From assembly GCF_900106565.1 (NCBI RefSeq), contig NZ_FNNJ01000002.1, positions 486,786 to 510,785 of the forward strand: DNA of 24,000 nucleotides. Reading direction: 5' to 3'. Positions within the stretch are counted from its first letter, which is position 1; every line of letters starts with the position of its first letter. The position numbers were made by a program, and so were the translations under genes. Positions 1 through 9,485 of the stretch are shown one piece after another. The notes beneath the pieces were generated by a model. It made no database searches. It saw only the letters and a list, made by a program, of their open reading frames with translations, and was not told the origin of the DNA. Source of the DNA: Lutibacter oricola (GTDB lineage: Bacteria; Bacteroidota; Bacteroidia; Flavobacteriales; Flavobacteriaceae).

Positions 1-2117
1 TTACCTTCAAATATTCCATTATTACCTGCAATATTTAAGCTTTGAATATTAACACTCATATTTTGAGAAATAACTTGAGTTATTTCATTAACCATACCAA
101 CGTGATCTGCTCCATATAGTTTTAAAATTGCCTTAAACTCTTGTTTAGAAGAGTCAATCCATTTAGCTTGAATAATTCTGTACGCATAGTTTGCTTGTAA
201 ACTAATTGCATTAGGACAATCTTTTTTATGAACTTTAATTCCATCATTAATAGTAATAAAACCAAATACTTTATCTCCTGGAATTGGATTACAACATTGA
301 GACATTTTATAATCTAAACGCTCTTCTTCCTTTCCAAAAACTAAAGAATCGTAATTATCGATTACTTCATCTTTATCAATAGTTTCGTTTGATTTATTGG
401 TACGTTTAATTCTATTTTTAAAGAAATTTACAAACGCATTACTTCTATTAGAAACAAACTCTTTTAACTGATTATTATCTATAGAGCCATTTCCGATTCT
501 AAAAAATAAATCTAAACTTGTTTTTAGTTTAAAATGATTTACTAATTCATTAACTACTTTTTCATCTAAAGTAATTTTTAAATGACGAAGTTTTCTTGTC
601 AAAATTTCTTTACCATCAACAGCAATTCGTTTTTGATCTTCTTTTAACGCATTTTTAATACGAGTTCTAGCTCTTGCTGTTACTACAAAATCTAGCCAGC
701 CAATGTTTGGTTTTTGGCTTTTTGAAGTTATAATTTCAACTTGATCACCACTATTAAGTATATGACTAATTGGTTTTAGTTTACCATTAACTTTTGCTCC
801 TCTACAGCGCATACCAACTTGGGTGTGTATAGAAAAGGCAAAATCTAAAGCTGTTGCATTTTTAGGTAGTGCTTTTAAATCTCCTTGTGGTGTAAAAACA
901 AATATTTCTTTTGAATAAAGATTTAATTTGAAATCTTCAACAAAATCAACAGCATTACTATCGGAGTTTTCTAGCGTTTCTCTAATTTTATTTAACCAGT
1001 CATCTAAACCAGTTTCTTTTTCGTCTTTGTTTTTATATTTATAATGTGCTGCATACCCTTTCTCTGCAATTTCATCCATTCTACTAGATCGAATTTGAAC
1101 TTCAACCCATCTACCTTGTGGCCCCATTACAGTAATGTGTAAAGATTCGTATCCTGTAGATTTAGGTTGGGTAATCCAATCTCGCATTCTAACTGGGTTA
1201 GGAGCAAAATGATCGGTTACTATCGAGTAGATTTTCCAAGCATCAAATTTTTCATCTTTTTTAGTAGAATCGTAAATAATACGAATGGCAAACTTATCGT
1301 AAACTTCTTCGTAAGAAACGCCTTGAGAACGCATTTTTTTACGAATAGAATAAATAGATTTTCTGCGACCTTTTATTTTGTATTTAAAACCTTCAGCAGT
1401 TAAAGATTCACTTATAATATTTGAAAATGTTTCTATATATTTTTCGTGTTCTTCAGTACTTTGAGTTATATTTTTTAAAATATCTTTATAAACATCTGGC
1501 TCAGTATATTTTAAACCTAGGTTTTCTAATTCTGTTTTAATATTATACAACCCTAATCGATGGGCTAGAGGAGCATAGATATAAAGAGTTTCAGAAGAAA
1601 TTTTTACCTGTTTATGTTGCGGCATTGCATCCATAGTTTGCATGTTGTGCAATCTATCTGCAATTTTTATTAAAATTACACGAACATCATCGTGTAAGGT
1701 TAACAACATTTTTCTAAAGTTTTCTGCCTGAACTGAGGCATCCTGATCCTTTTTTAAATGCGATATTTTTGTAAGGCCATTTACAATACGCGCAACGTTT
1801 TCACCAAACAAGCGTTCAATATCTTCTAGTGTATAATCTGTATCTTCAACAACATCGTGTAACAATGCTGCAACAATAGAAGTGGTGTCTAAACCAATTT
1901 CATATGCTACAATTTTGGCAACTGCTATGGGGTGAAATATATAAGGTTCTCCCGTTTTACGGCGCTGAGAACTATGAGCTTCTAATGATAAATCAAAAGC
2001 TTTTCTTATTTCTTTTTTATCTTCTTTAGAAAACGTTTGGTAAGCTCCTTTTAACAAGTCTTTATAACGTTTTGCTATTTCTTTATTTTCTTCTTCAGGT
2101 GTTAAAGTGTATGCCAT
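1..2117 (-). CDS. Bifunctional (p)ppGpp synthetase/hydrolase, RelA/SpoT (RSH) family; C-terminus runs off the left edge of the window
   Basis: Not in the supplied ORF track because it runs off the window edge. My own minus-strand translation from the ATG at 2117..2115 gives MAYTLTPEEENKEIAKRYKDLL...RKTGEPYIFHPIAVAKIVAYEIGLDTTSIVAALLHDVVEDTDYT (HD hydrolase domain). It continues with ...ADRLHNMQTM..., a synthetase region (RKSIYSIRKKM...YESLHITVMGPQGRWVEVQIRS), then TGS- and ACT-like regions. The frame stays open to position 3. Confidence 0.9.
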   Translation of the reverse strand, partial: MAYTLTPEEENKEIAKRYKDLLKGAYQTFSKEDKKEIRKAFDLSLEAHSSQRRKTGEPYIFHPIAVAKIVAYEIGLDTTSIVAALLHDVVEDTDYTLEDIERLFGENVARIVNGLTKISHLKKDQDASVQAENFRKMLLTLHDDVRVILIKIADRLHNMQTMDAMPQHKQVKISSETLYIYAPLAHRLGLYNIKTELENLGLKYTEPDVYKDILKNITQSTEEHEKYIETFSNIISESLTAEGFKYKIKGRRKSIYSIRKKMRSQGVSYEEVYDKFAIRIIYDSTKKDEKFDAWKIYSIVTDHFAPNPVRMRDWITQPKSTGYESLHITVMGPQGRWVEVQIRSSRMDEIAEKGYAAHYKYKNKDEKETGLDDWLNKIRETLENSDSNAVDFVEDFKLNLYSKEIFVFTPQGDLKALPKNATALDFAFSIHTQVGMRCRGAKVNGKLKPISHILNSGDQVEIITSKSQKPNIGWLDFVVTARARTRIKNALKEDQKRIAVDGKEILTRKLRHLKITLDEKVVNELVNHFKLKTSLDLFFRIGNGSIDNNQLKEFVSNRSNAFVNFFKNRIKRTNKSNETIDKDEVIDNYDSLVFGKEEERLDYKMSQCCNPIPGDKVFGFITINDGIKVHKKDCPNAISLQANYAYRIIQAKWIDSSKQEFKAILKLYGADHVGMVNEITQVISQNMSVNIQSLNIAGNNGIFEG

Positions 2118-2164
2118 TGCTTAAAAATACGTTTTAATTTAAATAGATTGCTTACTCTTTATGT

Positions 2165-3397
2165 TTATTTTTTCAAATTTACAATTCGTTGTAACAACGT
2201 AGGGTGTGAGTAATGAAATTTTACATATAAGCTATGTGGTGTTAAATTACTCAAACTATTTTTAGATAATTTTTTTAATGAAGTTATAAGTGGTTTAGCA
2301 CCAAAATTATACTTTGCATAATTATCTGCTTGATATTCAAATTTACGAGATAATAGGTTCATAAAAAATGAAGTTATTTCAGAAATTGGACTGTATAAAA
2401 TTCCAAAAGCAATTAACCCTATATGAAAACTTGCTTTATCAACACCTAAAGCTTGAGATAATGTAAGGTTACCTACCAAAAGTGATAAAATAAACAAAGT
2501 AAGTCCCATTAAAGCTATAGATAAAACTAGATTATAAATAATATGTTTCTTTTTATAATGCCCAACTTCGTGGGCTAAAACAGCTACAATTTCATCTGTT
2601 TCTAAATCATTAATTAAAGTATCATATAATGTTATTCTTTTTTGAGAACCAAAACCAGAAAAATAGGCATTAGCTTTGGTAGATCTTTTAGAGCCATCTA
2701 TAACAAAAATATTATCTAATTTAAATCCTACTTTAGTTGCAAAGTTTTCGATAGCAGTTTTAAGTTCTCCATTTTCTAAAGGTGTTTGCTTGTTAAATAG
2801 CGGTACAATAAGTTTAGAATAAAACATATTCATAAAAACAGAAAACACACTAATTAATAGCCAAGCATATAGCCAAAAATTATTGGTTGTTAATTGGTAA
2901 AACCAAGTAATTAAAGCTAAAATTCCACCTCCAACTATTATTAACATTAGCCAACCTTTAATTTTATCGAGTATAAATAATTTTAAAGTAGATTTATTAA
3001 AGCCAAATTTTTCTTCAATTACAAATGTTTTATAATAGGCGAGTGGTAATGATAACACATCGCTAGAAATAAATATAATTCCGAAGAAAATTAAGGTAAT
3101 CAAAATATTGTTGCTAGAAACTTGTTTAGCTAAACCATCAACAAAAGCAAAGCCATTAAATCCAAAAAATAAAATGGTTAATACTAGTGAAAATGAACTA
3201 GTTATTAACGAGAATTTATAATTAACTTTTTTATATTCCTGAGATTTTAAATATTCTTTTTCATCATAAACATCAGCTAGTTCATTTGGTAATACATCAT
3301 TATAATGTTTAGCGTTTAGAGCATCTAAAATAGTATCAAAAATAAATTTGATTAGTATTATAGCAATTAATATGGTAAAAACAGTAGTTGGAGTCAT
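2165..3397 (-). CDS. M48 family (Ste24/HtpX-like) integral-membrane zinc metallopeptidase
   Basis: 410-aa ORF with several hydrophobic segments. It has the HEXXH zinc motif in LAHEVGHYKKKH and an Ste24-like C-terminal end (YSHPTLLQRI). Confidence 0.85.
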   Translation of the reverse strand: MTPTTVFTILIAIILIKFIFDTILDALNAKHYNDVLPNELADVYDEKEYLKSQEYKKVNYKFSLITSSFSLVLTILFFGFNGFAFVDGLAKQVSSNNILITLIFFGIIFISSDVLSLPLAYYKTFVIEEKFGFNKSTLKLFILDKIKGWLMLIIVGGGILALITWFYQLTTNNFWLYAWLLISVFSVFMNMFYSKLIVPLFNKQTPLENGELKTAIENFATKVGFKLDNIFVIDGSKRSTKANAYFSGFGSQKRITLYDTLINDLETDEIVAVLAHEVGHYKKKHIIYNLVLSIALMGLTLFILSLLVGNLTLSQALGVDKASFHIGLIAFGILYSPISEITSFFMNLLSRKFEYQADNYAKYNFGAKPLITSLKKLSKNSLSNLTPHSLYVKFHYSHPTLLQRIVNLKK

Positions 3398-3400
3398 TTA

Positions 3401-4207
3401 TTAATTTGTTATTATACGTTGTCTAACAGCTTCAAAAACAATAATTGCAGCGCTTACAGAAACATTCATAGAGTCAATTTTTCCATTCATAGGAATAATA
3501 ATATTTTTTGTTGAATTTTGAAGCCATTCATTAGATAATCCTGTGGCTTCAGTACCAACAACTATAGCGCTTGGTTGGTTGTAATCGATAGTGTCGTATG
3601 GTACAGAAGCAGTTAAAGCAGCTCCGTAGATATTTATAGAGTTCTTTTTTAAAAACTCAATAATTTCATTTGTTGAGCCAATTGCAACATTAGTTGTAAA
3701 AATACATCCAACACTCGATCTAATAATATTTCCGTTGTATAAGTCCGTTTTTGGGTTTGCTATTATTACTGCATCAACAGCTGCAGCATCTGCAGTTCTA
3801 AGTAATGCGCCAATATTACCAGGTTTTTCAGGAGCTTCAGCAATTAAAATAAGAGGATTTTTTTTATTGAATTCTAAATTTTCTAATTGATGGTTTTTTT
3901 GTTTTGCAATGGCAATAACACCTTCGGTAGATTCTCGTAAAGCAATTTTTTTATAAACCTCAAACGGAACTTCAATAATGTCAATAGCATCTATATTTTC
4001 AATTAATTTATTTACTGTATCTATCGATGTAATTTCATTGTTAAAAATAACTGTATGTATAGCGTATTTGCCTTGTATAGCTAATGAAATTTCTCTGTAA
4101 CCTTCAATTAAAAACAGCCCTTTTTTTGTTCTAACTTTAGATTTTTCTTTAAGTTGAACAAGCTCTTTAATATATGAATTTTGAGTGCTTGTAATTTTTT
4201 TAAACAT
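3401..4207 (-). CDS. TrmH/SpoU family RNA 2'-O-methyltransferase
   Basis: 268-aa ORF carrying the three SpoU motifs: EKPGNIGALLRTADAAAV, VVGTEATGLS and IPMNGKIDSMNVSVSAAI. It lies 3 nt upstream of the M48 gene on the same strand. Confidence 0.8.
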   Translation of the reverse strand: MFKKITSTQNSYIKELVQLKEKSKVRTKKGLFLIEGYREISLAIQGKYAIHTVIFNNEITSIDTVNKLIENIDAIDIIEVPFEVYKKIALRESTEGVIAIAKQKNHQLENLEFNKKNPLILIAEAPEKPGNIGALLRTADAAAVDAVIIANPKTDLYNGNIIRSSVGCIFTTNVAIGSTNEIIEFLKKNSINIYGAALTASVPYDTIDYNQPSAIVVGTEATGLSNEWLQNSTKNIIIPMNGKIDSMNVSVSAAIIVFEAVRQRIITN

Positions 4208-4232
4208 AAATACAAAAATAGCAGATAATTGG

Positions 4233-5306
4233 CTATAATGCAGAAGTTTTATAGTAATTTATTAAAAGAGATACCATTTTACTGTAACTTCTAATGCCAT
4301 CCTTTTGTTTATTAGCTTTTAAAAAGAAATCGTAGAACCATTTAAAGTACTTTTCTGATCTATTTTGATAAGACATCCAAAAGTTTTGAGAGTTTTGCAT
4401 ATCTTTTAGAATACCTTTATTTATTGTAAGTTTTAACTCTTCAAAAGCTACTTTGTCGTTTCTATATAAATCCGATAAACAGTATCGAAGCGCCATTAAA
4501 TATCCAGAATAATTAAAATATTTACTATCGGAATGTGTTGCAGCTAAAAAGCCAACAAAATTTGCTTCATTTTCTGAAGCAATTCCAATTTGATGTGCTA
4601 TTTCGTGGCAAGCTGTGGCAGCATAATTATTTTTAGGAATTAATCTGTTTACTTGAGCTTCATTAGTAAATGGATTTAAATAACCAGCAAAACCGGCATA
4701 TGTAAGTGGTGTACTTAAAAGAGATTTTTTTACTGATTTATTTTTAATAGTAAAATCGGAGTTTATTTTACCTAAAACTTCGTAGCTTTTAAACGCATTT
4801 TCCTGAATAATAGTTCTATTCATAGGGTTTTCAACTACAATAGAATCGTTTAAAGTTATAGATTTTTGAACTGAATTTAATTTAGTAATTAATTGCTTTG
4901 TAAAGTTTATCAATTCGGTTTTAGAATACTCGGTATTTTCAAAATTCAAGCGTTCATTTATTGGATTTCTATAATAATTTAAGCCCCAACCAACATTAAA
5001 AATAAAATACACAACAGATAAAAATGCTAGTGATTTGTATAGTGTTTTTATAACATCTAACTTTCTGTTTTTTATAAATTTAAATAAACTCAATAAAAGT
5101 AATACTACAAGTAAAAAATATAATAAATCCCCAAAAGAAAATGGAATCCAACCCAGTGTAAAATGTAATATATTCGAAATTATAGGGTAAATCCCTTTTG
5201 AATAATAAGATTCAATAAAACTTGGGTATTGTGCAACAAACTGATAAAATGCCCATTGAAAAATTAAAATGGCAGAAAGAATTTTATACGTTTTTTCTTT
5301 ATTCAT
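4233..5306 (-). CDS. DUF3810-family membrane protein (putative zinc-dependent hydrolase)
   Basis: 357-aa ORF with N-terminal transmembrane segments and a HEXXH-type motif (ACHEIAHQIG). The overall pattern matches the Bacteroidota DUF3810 family as I recall it. Confidence 0.7.
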   Translation of the reverse strand: MNKEKTYKILSAILIFQWAFYQFVAQYPSFIESYYSKGIYPIISNILHFTLGWIPFSFGDLLYFLLVVLLLLSLFKFIKNRKLDVIKTLYKSLAFLSVVYFIFNVGWGLNYYRNPINERLNFENTEYSKTELINFTKQLITKLNSVQKSITLNDSIVVENPMNRTIIQENAFKSYEVLGKINSDFTIKNKSVKKSLLSTPLTYAGFAGYLNPFTNEAQVNRLIPKNNYAATACHEIAHQIGIASENEANFVGFLAATHSDSKYFNYSGYLMALRYCLSDLYRNDKVAFEELKLTINKGILKDMQNSQNFWMSYQNRSEKYFKWFYDFFLKANKQKDGIRSYSKMVSLLINYYKTSAL

Positions 5307-5435
5307 AAATCAAAAGTAGAAAAATAAAAGTTCAGAAAAACATAATAATCAAGTTATTAACATTTTTATGACTTGTTAACAGATAATGTGTAAAAATAAA
5401 AATCAAATTTACCTTTTGTTTCAGCATTTAAAAAT

Positions 5436-5443
5436 TATTTTTG
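5436..5443 (+). promoter_or_regulatory. Bacteroidota -7 promoter box candidate (TAnnTTTG) in the divergent DUF3810/dnaB intergenic region
   Basis: Exact TATTTTTG match to the TAnnTTTG consensus. It is 116 nt upstream of the dnaB GTG, which is rather far. Confidence 0.25.
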
Positions 5444-5558
5444 TTGAAACAATTATACCAAAAAATTGCTTTTCAATTAGAATTAGTGTATTTTCTATTT
5501 CTAAAAAAAGAACAAAGTTAAATTATTGATTTATAAATAAGTATAAATATTTTTTTGA

Positions 5559-7076
5559 GTGAAAAACACACAGCCAGCAACATTTAAAAACAAAAAGAAA
5601 AGTGCAGTAATTAATCTTGAAAAAGGAAAACTACCGCCACAAGCTCTTGATTTGGAAGAAGCCGTTTTAGGAGCAATGATGATTGACAAGAAAGGTGTTG
5701 ATGATGTTATTGACATTTTAAATGATGATGTTTTTTATAAGGAATCTCATCAATTAATTTACAATGCAATTTTTACATTGTTTCAAAATTCTGAGCCAAT
5801 TGACTTATTGTCAGTTTCTAATCAGTTACGAAAAGATGGTAATTTAGAAGCTGCCGGAGGTGATTTTTACATTGTAAACCTTACTCAAAAGGTATCTTCA
5901 TCTGCACATATAGAATTTCACGCACGTATTATTCTTCAAAAATATATTCAAAGAAGATTAATTTCAATTTCTTCAGAAATTATTGAAGAAGCTTATGATG
6001 AAACCGTGGATGTTTTTGACTTGTTAGATGATGCAGAGGCAAAATTATTCGAAGTAACACAAGGAAACTTAAAGAAAGGGTCTGAAGATGCTGAAGGACT
6101 TGTAAACCAAGCAATTAAAAAGATTGAGGAAATATCTAAAAAGCAGGGTATGAGTGGTATAGCTACCGGTTTTACTCGTTTAGATGAATTAACTTCTGGT
6201 TGGCAACCTTCTGATTTAGTTATTCTTGCCGCTCGTCCTGGTATGGGAAAAACAGCATTTGTAATGTCTATGGCAAAAAATATGGCTATTGATTTTAATG
6301 AGCCAGTTGCAATTTTTTCTTTAGAGATGTCATCAGTACAATTAATTACACGTATGATTTCTAGTGAAACCGGTATTTCATCTGGAAAACTTAGAAAAGG
6401 TAGTTTAGAACGTCACGAATGGGAGCAATTAAATGTTAAAGTTAAAAACTTATCTAAAGCTCCAATATTTATAGATGACACACCATCTTTATCAATTTTT
6501 GATTTACGTGCAAAAGCTAGACGTTTAGCATCGCAACACGGAATTAAGATAATTATTATTGATTATTTGCAATTAATGACTGCCGGTAATGCAGCTGGAG
6601 GAAATCGTGAGCAAGAAATTTCTATGATTTCTCGAAACTTAAAAGCATTAGCAAAAGAATTAAATATTCCGGTTATAGCACTTTCTCAGCTGTCTCGTGC
6701 GGTTGAAACACGTGGAGGAAGTAAAAGACCTTTATTATCCGATTTACGTGAATCCGGTGCAATTGAACAAGATGCGGATATTGTGTCGTTTATTTTTAGA
6801 CCTGAATATTATGGTTTAACAGAATGGGATGATGATGAACGTTCTCCTTGTGAAGGTCAAGCGGAGTTTATTTTAGCAAAGCATAGAAATGGTGGTTTAG
6901 ATAATATTAGATTGAAATTTACAGGGCATTTAGCATTGTTTAGCGATTTAGATGATGGATTTGGTAATGAATTCCAATCTAAAATGAATAGTGCAATTGA
7001 AGAGAGTTCTGTATCTCCTTCTGATGCTTTTGACCCACCACCAAGCCAAGGTAATGATGATGGTGTTCCGTTTTAA
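5559..7076 (+). CDS. dnaB: Replicative DNA helicase DnaB
   Basis: 505-aa ORF with a GTG start at 5559. It has the N-terminal LPPQALDLEEAVLGAMMID motif, Walker A (ARPGMGKTAF), Walker B (IIIIDYLQLM), SQLSRAVE and the RESGAIEQDADIV motif. Confidence 0.95.
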   Translation: MKNTQPATFKNKKKSAVINLEKGKLPPQALDLEEAVLGAMMIDKKGVDDVIDILNDDVFYKESHQLIYNAIFTLFQNSEPIDLLSVSNQLRKDGNLEAAGGDFYIVNLTQKVSSSAHIEFHARIILQKYIQRRLISISSEIIEEAYDETVDVFDLLDDAEAKLFEVTQGNLKKGSEDAEGLVNQAIKKIEEISKKQGMSGIATGFTRLDELTSGWQPSDLVILAARPGMGKTAFVMSMAKNMAIDFNEPVAIFSLEMSSVQLITRMISSETGISSGKLRKGSLERHEWEQLNVKVKNLSKAPIFIDDTPSLSIFDLRAKARRLASQHGIKIIIIDYLQLMTAGNAAGGNREQEISMISRNLKALAKELNIPVIALSQLSRAVETRGGSKRPLLSDLRESGAIEQDADIVSFIFRPEYYGLTEWDDDERSPCEGQAEFILAKHRNGGLDNIRLKFTGHLALFSDLDDGFGNEFQSKMNSAIEESSVSPSDAFDPPPSQGNDDGVPF

Positions 7077-8370
7077 AAACAACATAAATAAAAACAATAA
7101 ACTATCTGTATTATCAGTAATATGGACGGTTCTTTTATTATTTGCTACCCAAATATCTCTAGCGTCGTTCATTTTAATCCCTATGGATGATGTAACGCAG
7201 ACAAATCATTTAAAAGCTTACGGTATTACATATTGGTCTTTAAACAAAGGTAATAAGGCAAAATGGTTGTTAAATTATGAAGGAGGTTCATTTCTACTAG
7301 AAGATAATGAAGCTACTAGAAATGAATGTAAAATAAGAGGTGTAACATTTAATGTTATTTCTGATACTGAAGCAGCTCAAATTTTAGCAGAAATTGCGAG
7401 TCCTTCAAAAAATATGGAAGCTGTTGTTTTAGAAAAAGCTCCAAAAATTGCGGTGTATTCACCAAAAAATAAAATGCCTTGGGATGATGCTGTAACAATG
7501 GTGTTAACCTATGCCGAAATTCCATTTGATGTTGTATATGATACAGAAGTGTTAGAAGAAAAATTATTGCTGTATGAGTGGTTGCACTTACATCACGAGG
7601 ATTTTACGGGTCAATATGGTAAGTTTTATGGCTCTTACAGAAGAGCGCCTTGGTATATAGAACAAAAGAAAAATGCAGAAAAATTAGCAACTAGTTTAGG
7701 GTATAAAAAAGTTTCAGAAGAAAAATTAGCTGTGGCCTTAAAAATACGAGATTTTGTAATTGGAGGTGGATTTATGTTTGCAATGTGTTCGGCTACTGAA
7801 AGTTTTGATATTGCACTTTCTGCAGAAGGAACCGATATTTGTGAGACTATGTTTGACGGAGATCCTTCGGAATTAGATTATCACAATCATATAGATTTCA
7901 ACAAAACCTTTGCTTTTAAAAATTATACATTAGTAAAAAACCCAGAACAATACGAGTTCTCTTCGATAGATATGTCTATGAAAAGAAAAGGAATTAGGCG
8001 TACAGCAGATTATTTTTCATTAAAGGAATACTCAGCTAAATGGGATCCAATTCCAACTATGCTTTGTCAAAACCATACTATGCTTGTTAAAGGTTTTATG
8101 GGGCAAACAACATCTTTCGAAAGAGAATCTGTCAAGTCTAACGTGTTAGTAATGGGTGAAGTAGAATCTAATAAAGAGGCTCGTTATATTCACGGTGTAA
8201 AAGGAAAAGGAATGTTTACTTTTTATGGTGGACACGATCCAGAAGACTATCAGCATAGAGTAGGAGATCCAAAAACTGAATTAGATTTACATCCAAATTC
8301 TCCAGGTTACAGACTAATTTTAAATAATGTTTTATTTCCAGCCGCAAAAAAGAAAAAGCAAAAAACTTAA
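7054..8370 (+). CDS. Conserved secreted protein of unknown function, possibly with a class-I glutamine-amidotransferase-like fold; homologues are sometimes labelled 'asparagine synthetase B'
   Basis: The track ORF starts at 6991 inside dnaB. I place the start at the ATG triplet cluster 7054-7062 (MMMVFRFKNNINKNNK). That start is followed by a hydrophobic h-region and an SLA|SF-type signal peptidase site. The GGGFMFAMCSATES stretch resembles a nucleophile elbow. The functional assignment is weak. Confidence 0.6.
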   Translation: MMMVFRFKNNINKNNKLSVLSVIWTVLLLFATQISLASFILIPMDDVTQTNHLKAYGITYWSLNKGNKAKWLLNYEGGSFLLEDNEATRNECKIRGVTFNVISDTEAAQILAEIASPSKNMEAVVLEKAPKIAVYSPKNKMPWDDAVTMVLTYAEIPFDVVYDTEVLEEKLLLYEWLHLHHEDFTGQYGKFYGSYRRAPWYIEQKKNAEKLATSLGYKKVSEEKLAVALKIRDFVIGGGFMFAMCSATESFDIALSAEGTDICETMFDGDPSELDYHNHIDFNKTFAFKNYTLVKNPEQYEFSSIDMSMKRKGIRRTADYFSLKEYSAKWDPIPTMLCQNHTMLVKGFMGQTTSFERESVKSNVLVMGEVESNKEARYIHGVKGKGMFTFYGGHDPEDYQHRVGDPKTELDLHPNSPGYRLILNNVLFPAAKKKKQKT

Positions 8371-8431
8371 TTTGTTAATAATTAGAAATAACTTTAATTA
8401 AAAAAAACATTGTTTCAGAAAACTAAAATGA

Positions 8432-8439
8432 TATTTTTG
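8432..8439 (+). promoter_or_regulatory. Bacteroidota -7 promoter box candidate for the transketolase gene
   Basis: Exact TATTTTTG (TAnnTTTG) 28 nt upstream of the ATG at 8467. An ATTG lies about 20 nt further upstream as a possible -33 element. Confidence 0.4.
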
Positions 8440-8466
8440 CACTAATTATAATTAATTCATATAAAA

Positions 8467-9312
8467 ATGCCAACAACACAACAGCTGCAAGATTTTGCAC
8501 AACAAGTTAGAAGAGATATTGTTAGAATGGTACACGCGGTGAAATCTGGGCATCCAGGTGGTTCATTAGGTTGTAACGAGTTTTTAACGGTATTATATCA
8601 AGAAGTGATGGAATATTCAACTGAGTTTGATATGGACGGTAAAAATGAAGATTTATTCTTTTTATCAAACGGCCATATTTCTCCAGTATTTTATAGTGTT
8701 TTGGCACGTAGTGGATTTTTTCCTGTTGAAGAATTAGCAACTTTTAGATTGTTAAACACACGTTTACAAGGGCACCCAACTACTCACGACAAATTACCTG
8801 GTGTTAGAATGGCATCTGGTTCTTTAGGTCAAGGAATGAGTAATGCAATTGGAGCTGCAGAAGCTAAAAAGTTGAATGGAGATGATAAATTAGTGTATTC
8901 ATTACACGGAGATGGCGAATTACAAGAAGGTCAAATTTGGGAAGCTGCAATGTATGCTGCCGGTAAAAATATAGATAATTATATTGCTACTATTGATTAT
9001 AACGGACAGCAAATTGATGGTTCTACAAATGATGTACTTCCTATGGGAGATTTAAAAGCTAAGTTTGAAGCTTTTGGTTGGACTGTTTTAGATGTTGAAA
9101 AAGGGAATGATATAGATAGTATTAAAGCTGGTTTAGCAGAAGCCAAAGCTTTAACTGGTAAAGGAAAACCTGTTTGTGTTTTATTACATACAGAAATGGG
9201 TAATGGAATTGACTTTATGATGTATACACACGCTTGGCACGGAAAACCACCAAGTGATGAACAACTTGCTGAAGCATTAAGACAAAACCCAGAAACATTA
9301 GGAGATTACTAA
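8467..9312 (+). CDS. Transketolase, N-terminal (thiamine-diphosphate-binding) subunit of a split transketolase
   Basis: 281-aa ORF with SGHPGGSLG and the TPP-binding GDGELQEGQIWEA...IDYNGQQIDG motifs. Its length corresponds to the N-terminal third of a full transketolase. Confidence 0.9.
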   Translation: MPTTQQLQDFAQQVRRDIVRMVHAVKSGHPGGSLGCNEFLTVLYQEVMEYSTEFDMDGKNEDLFFLSNGHISPVFYSVLARSGFFPVEELATFRLLNTRLQGHPTTHDKLPGVRMASGSLGQGMSNAIGAAEAKKLNGDDKLVYSLHGDGELQEGQIWEAAMYAAGKNIDNYIATIDYNGQQIDGSTNDVLPMGDLKAKFEAFGWTVLDVEKGNDIDSIKAGLAEAKALTGKGKPVCVLLHTEMGNGIDFMMYTHAWHGKPPSDEQLAEALRQNPETLGDY

Positions 9313-9342
9313 GTTTTTTTTTAAAAATATTATATATAAAAA

Positions 9343-9375
9343 AGTAGTTGCAACAAGTGTTGTAGCTACTTTTTT
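9343..9375 (+). terminator. Rho-independent terminator after the transketolase N-subunit gene
   Basis: AGTAGTTGCAA (9343-9353) pairs with TTGTAGCTACT (9360-9370) for 11 bp including 2 G.U pairs. The loop is 6 nt and is followed by TTTTT. Confidence 0.6.
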
Positions 9376-9485
9376 AATTTATGTAAATTTTCACATTTTA
9401 ATTGTAAGTTTCCATTTATATTTACAACTATAAAATGGCAAATAAATTAGATTCAATTAATAAAAATTCAATTCTTTAATATATT

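Noticed and set aside
1167-1403. 78-aa plus-strand ORF from the track
   Set aside because: It lies entirely antisense within the RelA/SpoT coding frame, which translates into recognisable synthetase-domain sequence. The ORF's own translation is low-complexity, so I treat it as spurious.
5531-5716. 61-aa minus-strand ORF overlapping the dnaB 5' end
   Set aside because: It is antisense to the conserved DnaB N-terminus and has no recognisable features. Shadow ORFs like this are typical.
6991-7053. N-terminal extension of the 459-aa track ORF into dnaB
   Set aside because: The first 21 codons overlap the dnaB tail and precede the real signal peptide. The start at the 7054 ATG cluster gives a canonical n-region/h-region/cleavage-site layout.
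6948-7172. 74-aa minus-strand ORF across the dnaB/next-gene junction
   Set aside because: It is antisense to two well-supported coding regions, so I treat it as spurious.
8522-8740. 72-aa minus-strand ORF inside the transketolase gene
   Set aside because: It is an antisense shadow ORF within a strongly supported CDS.
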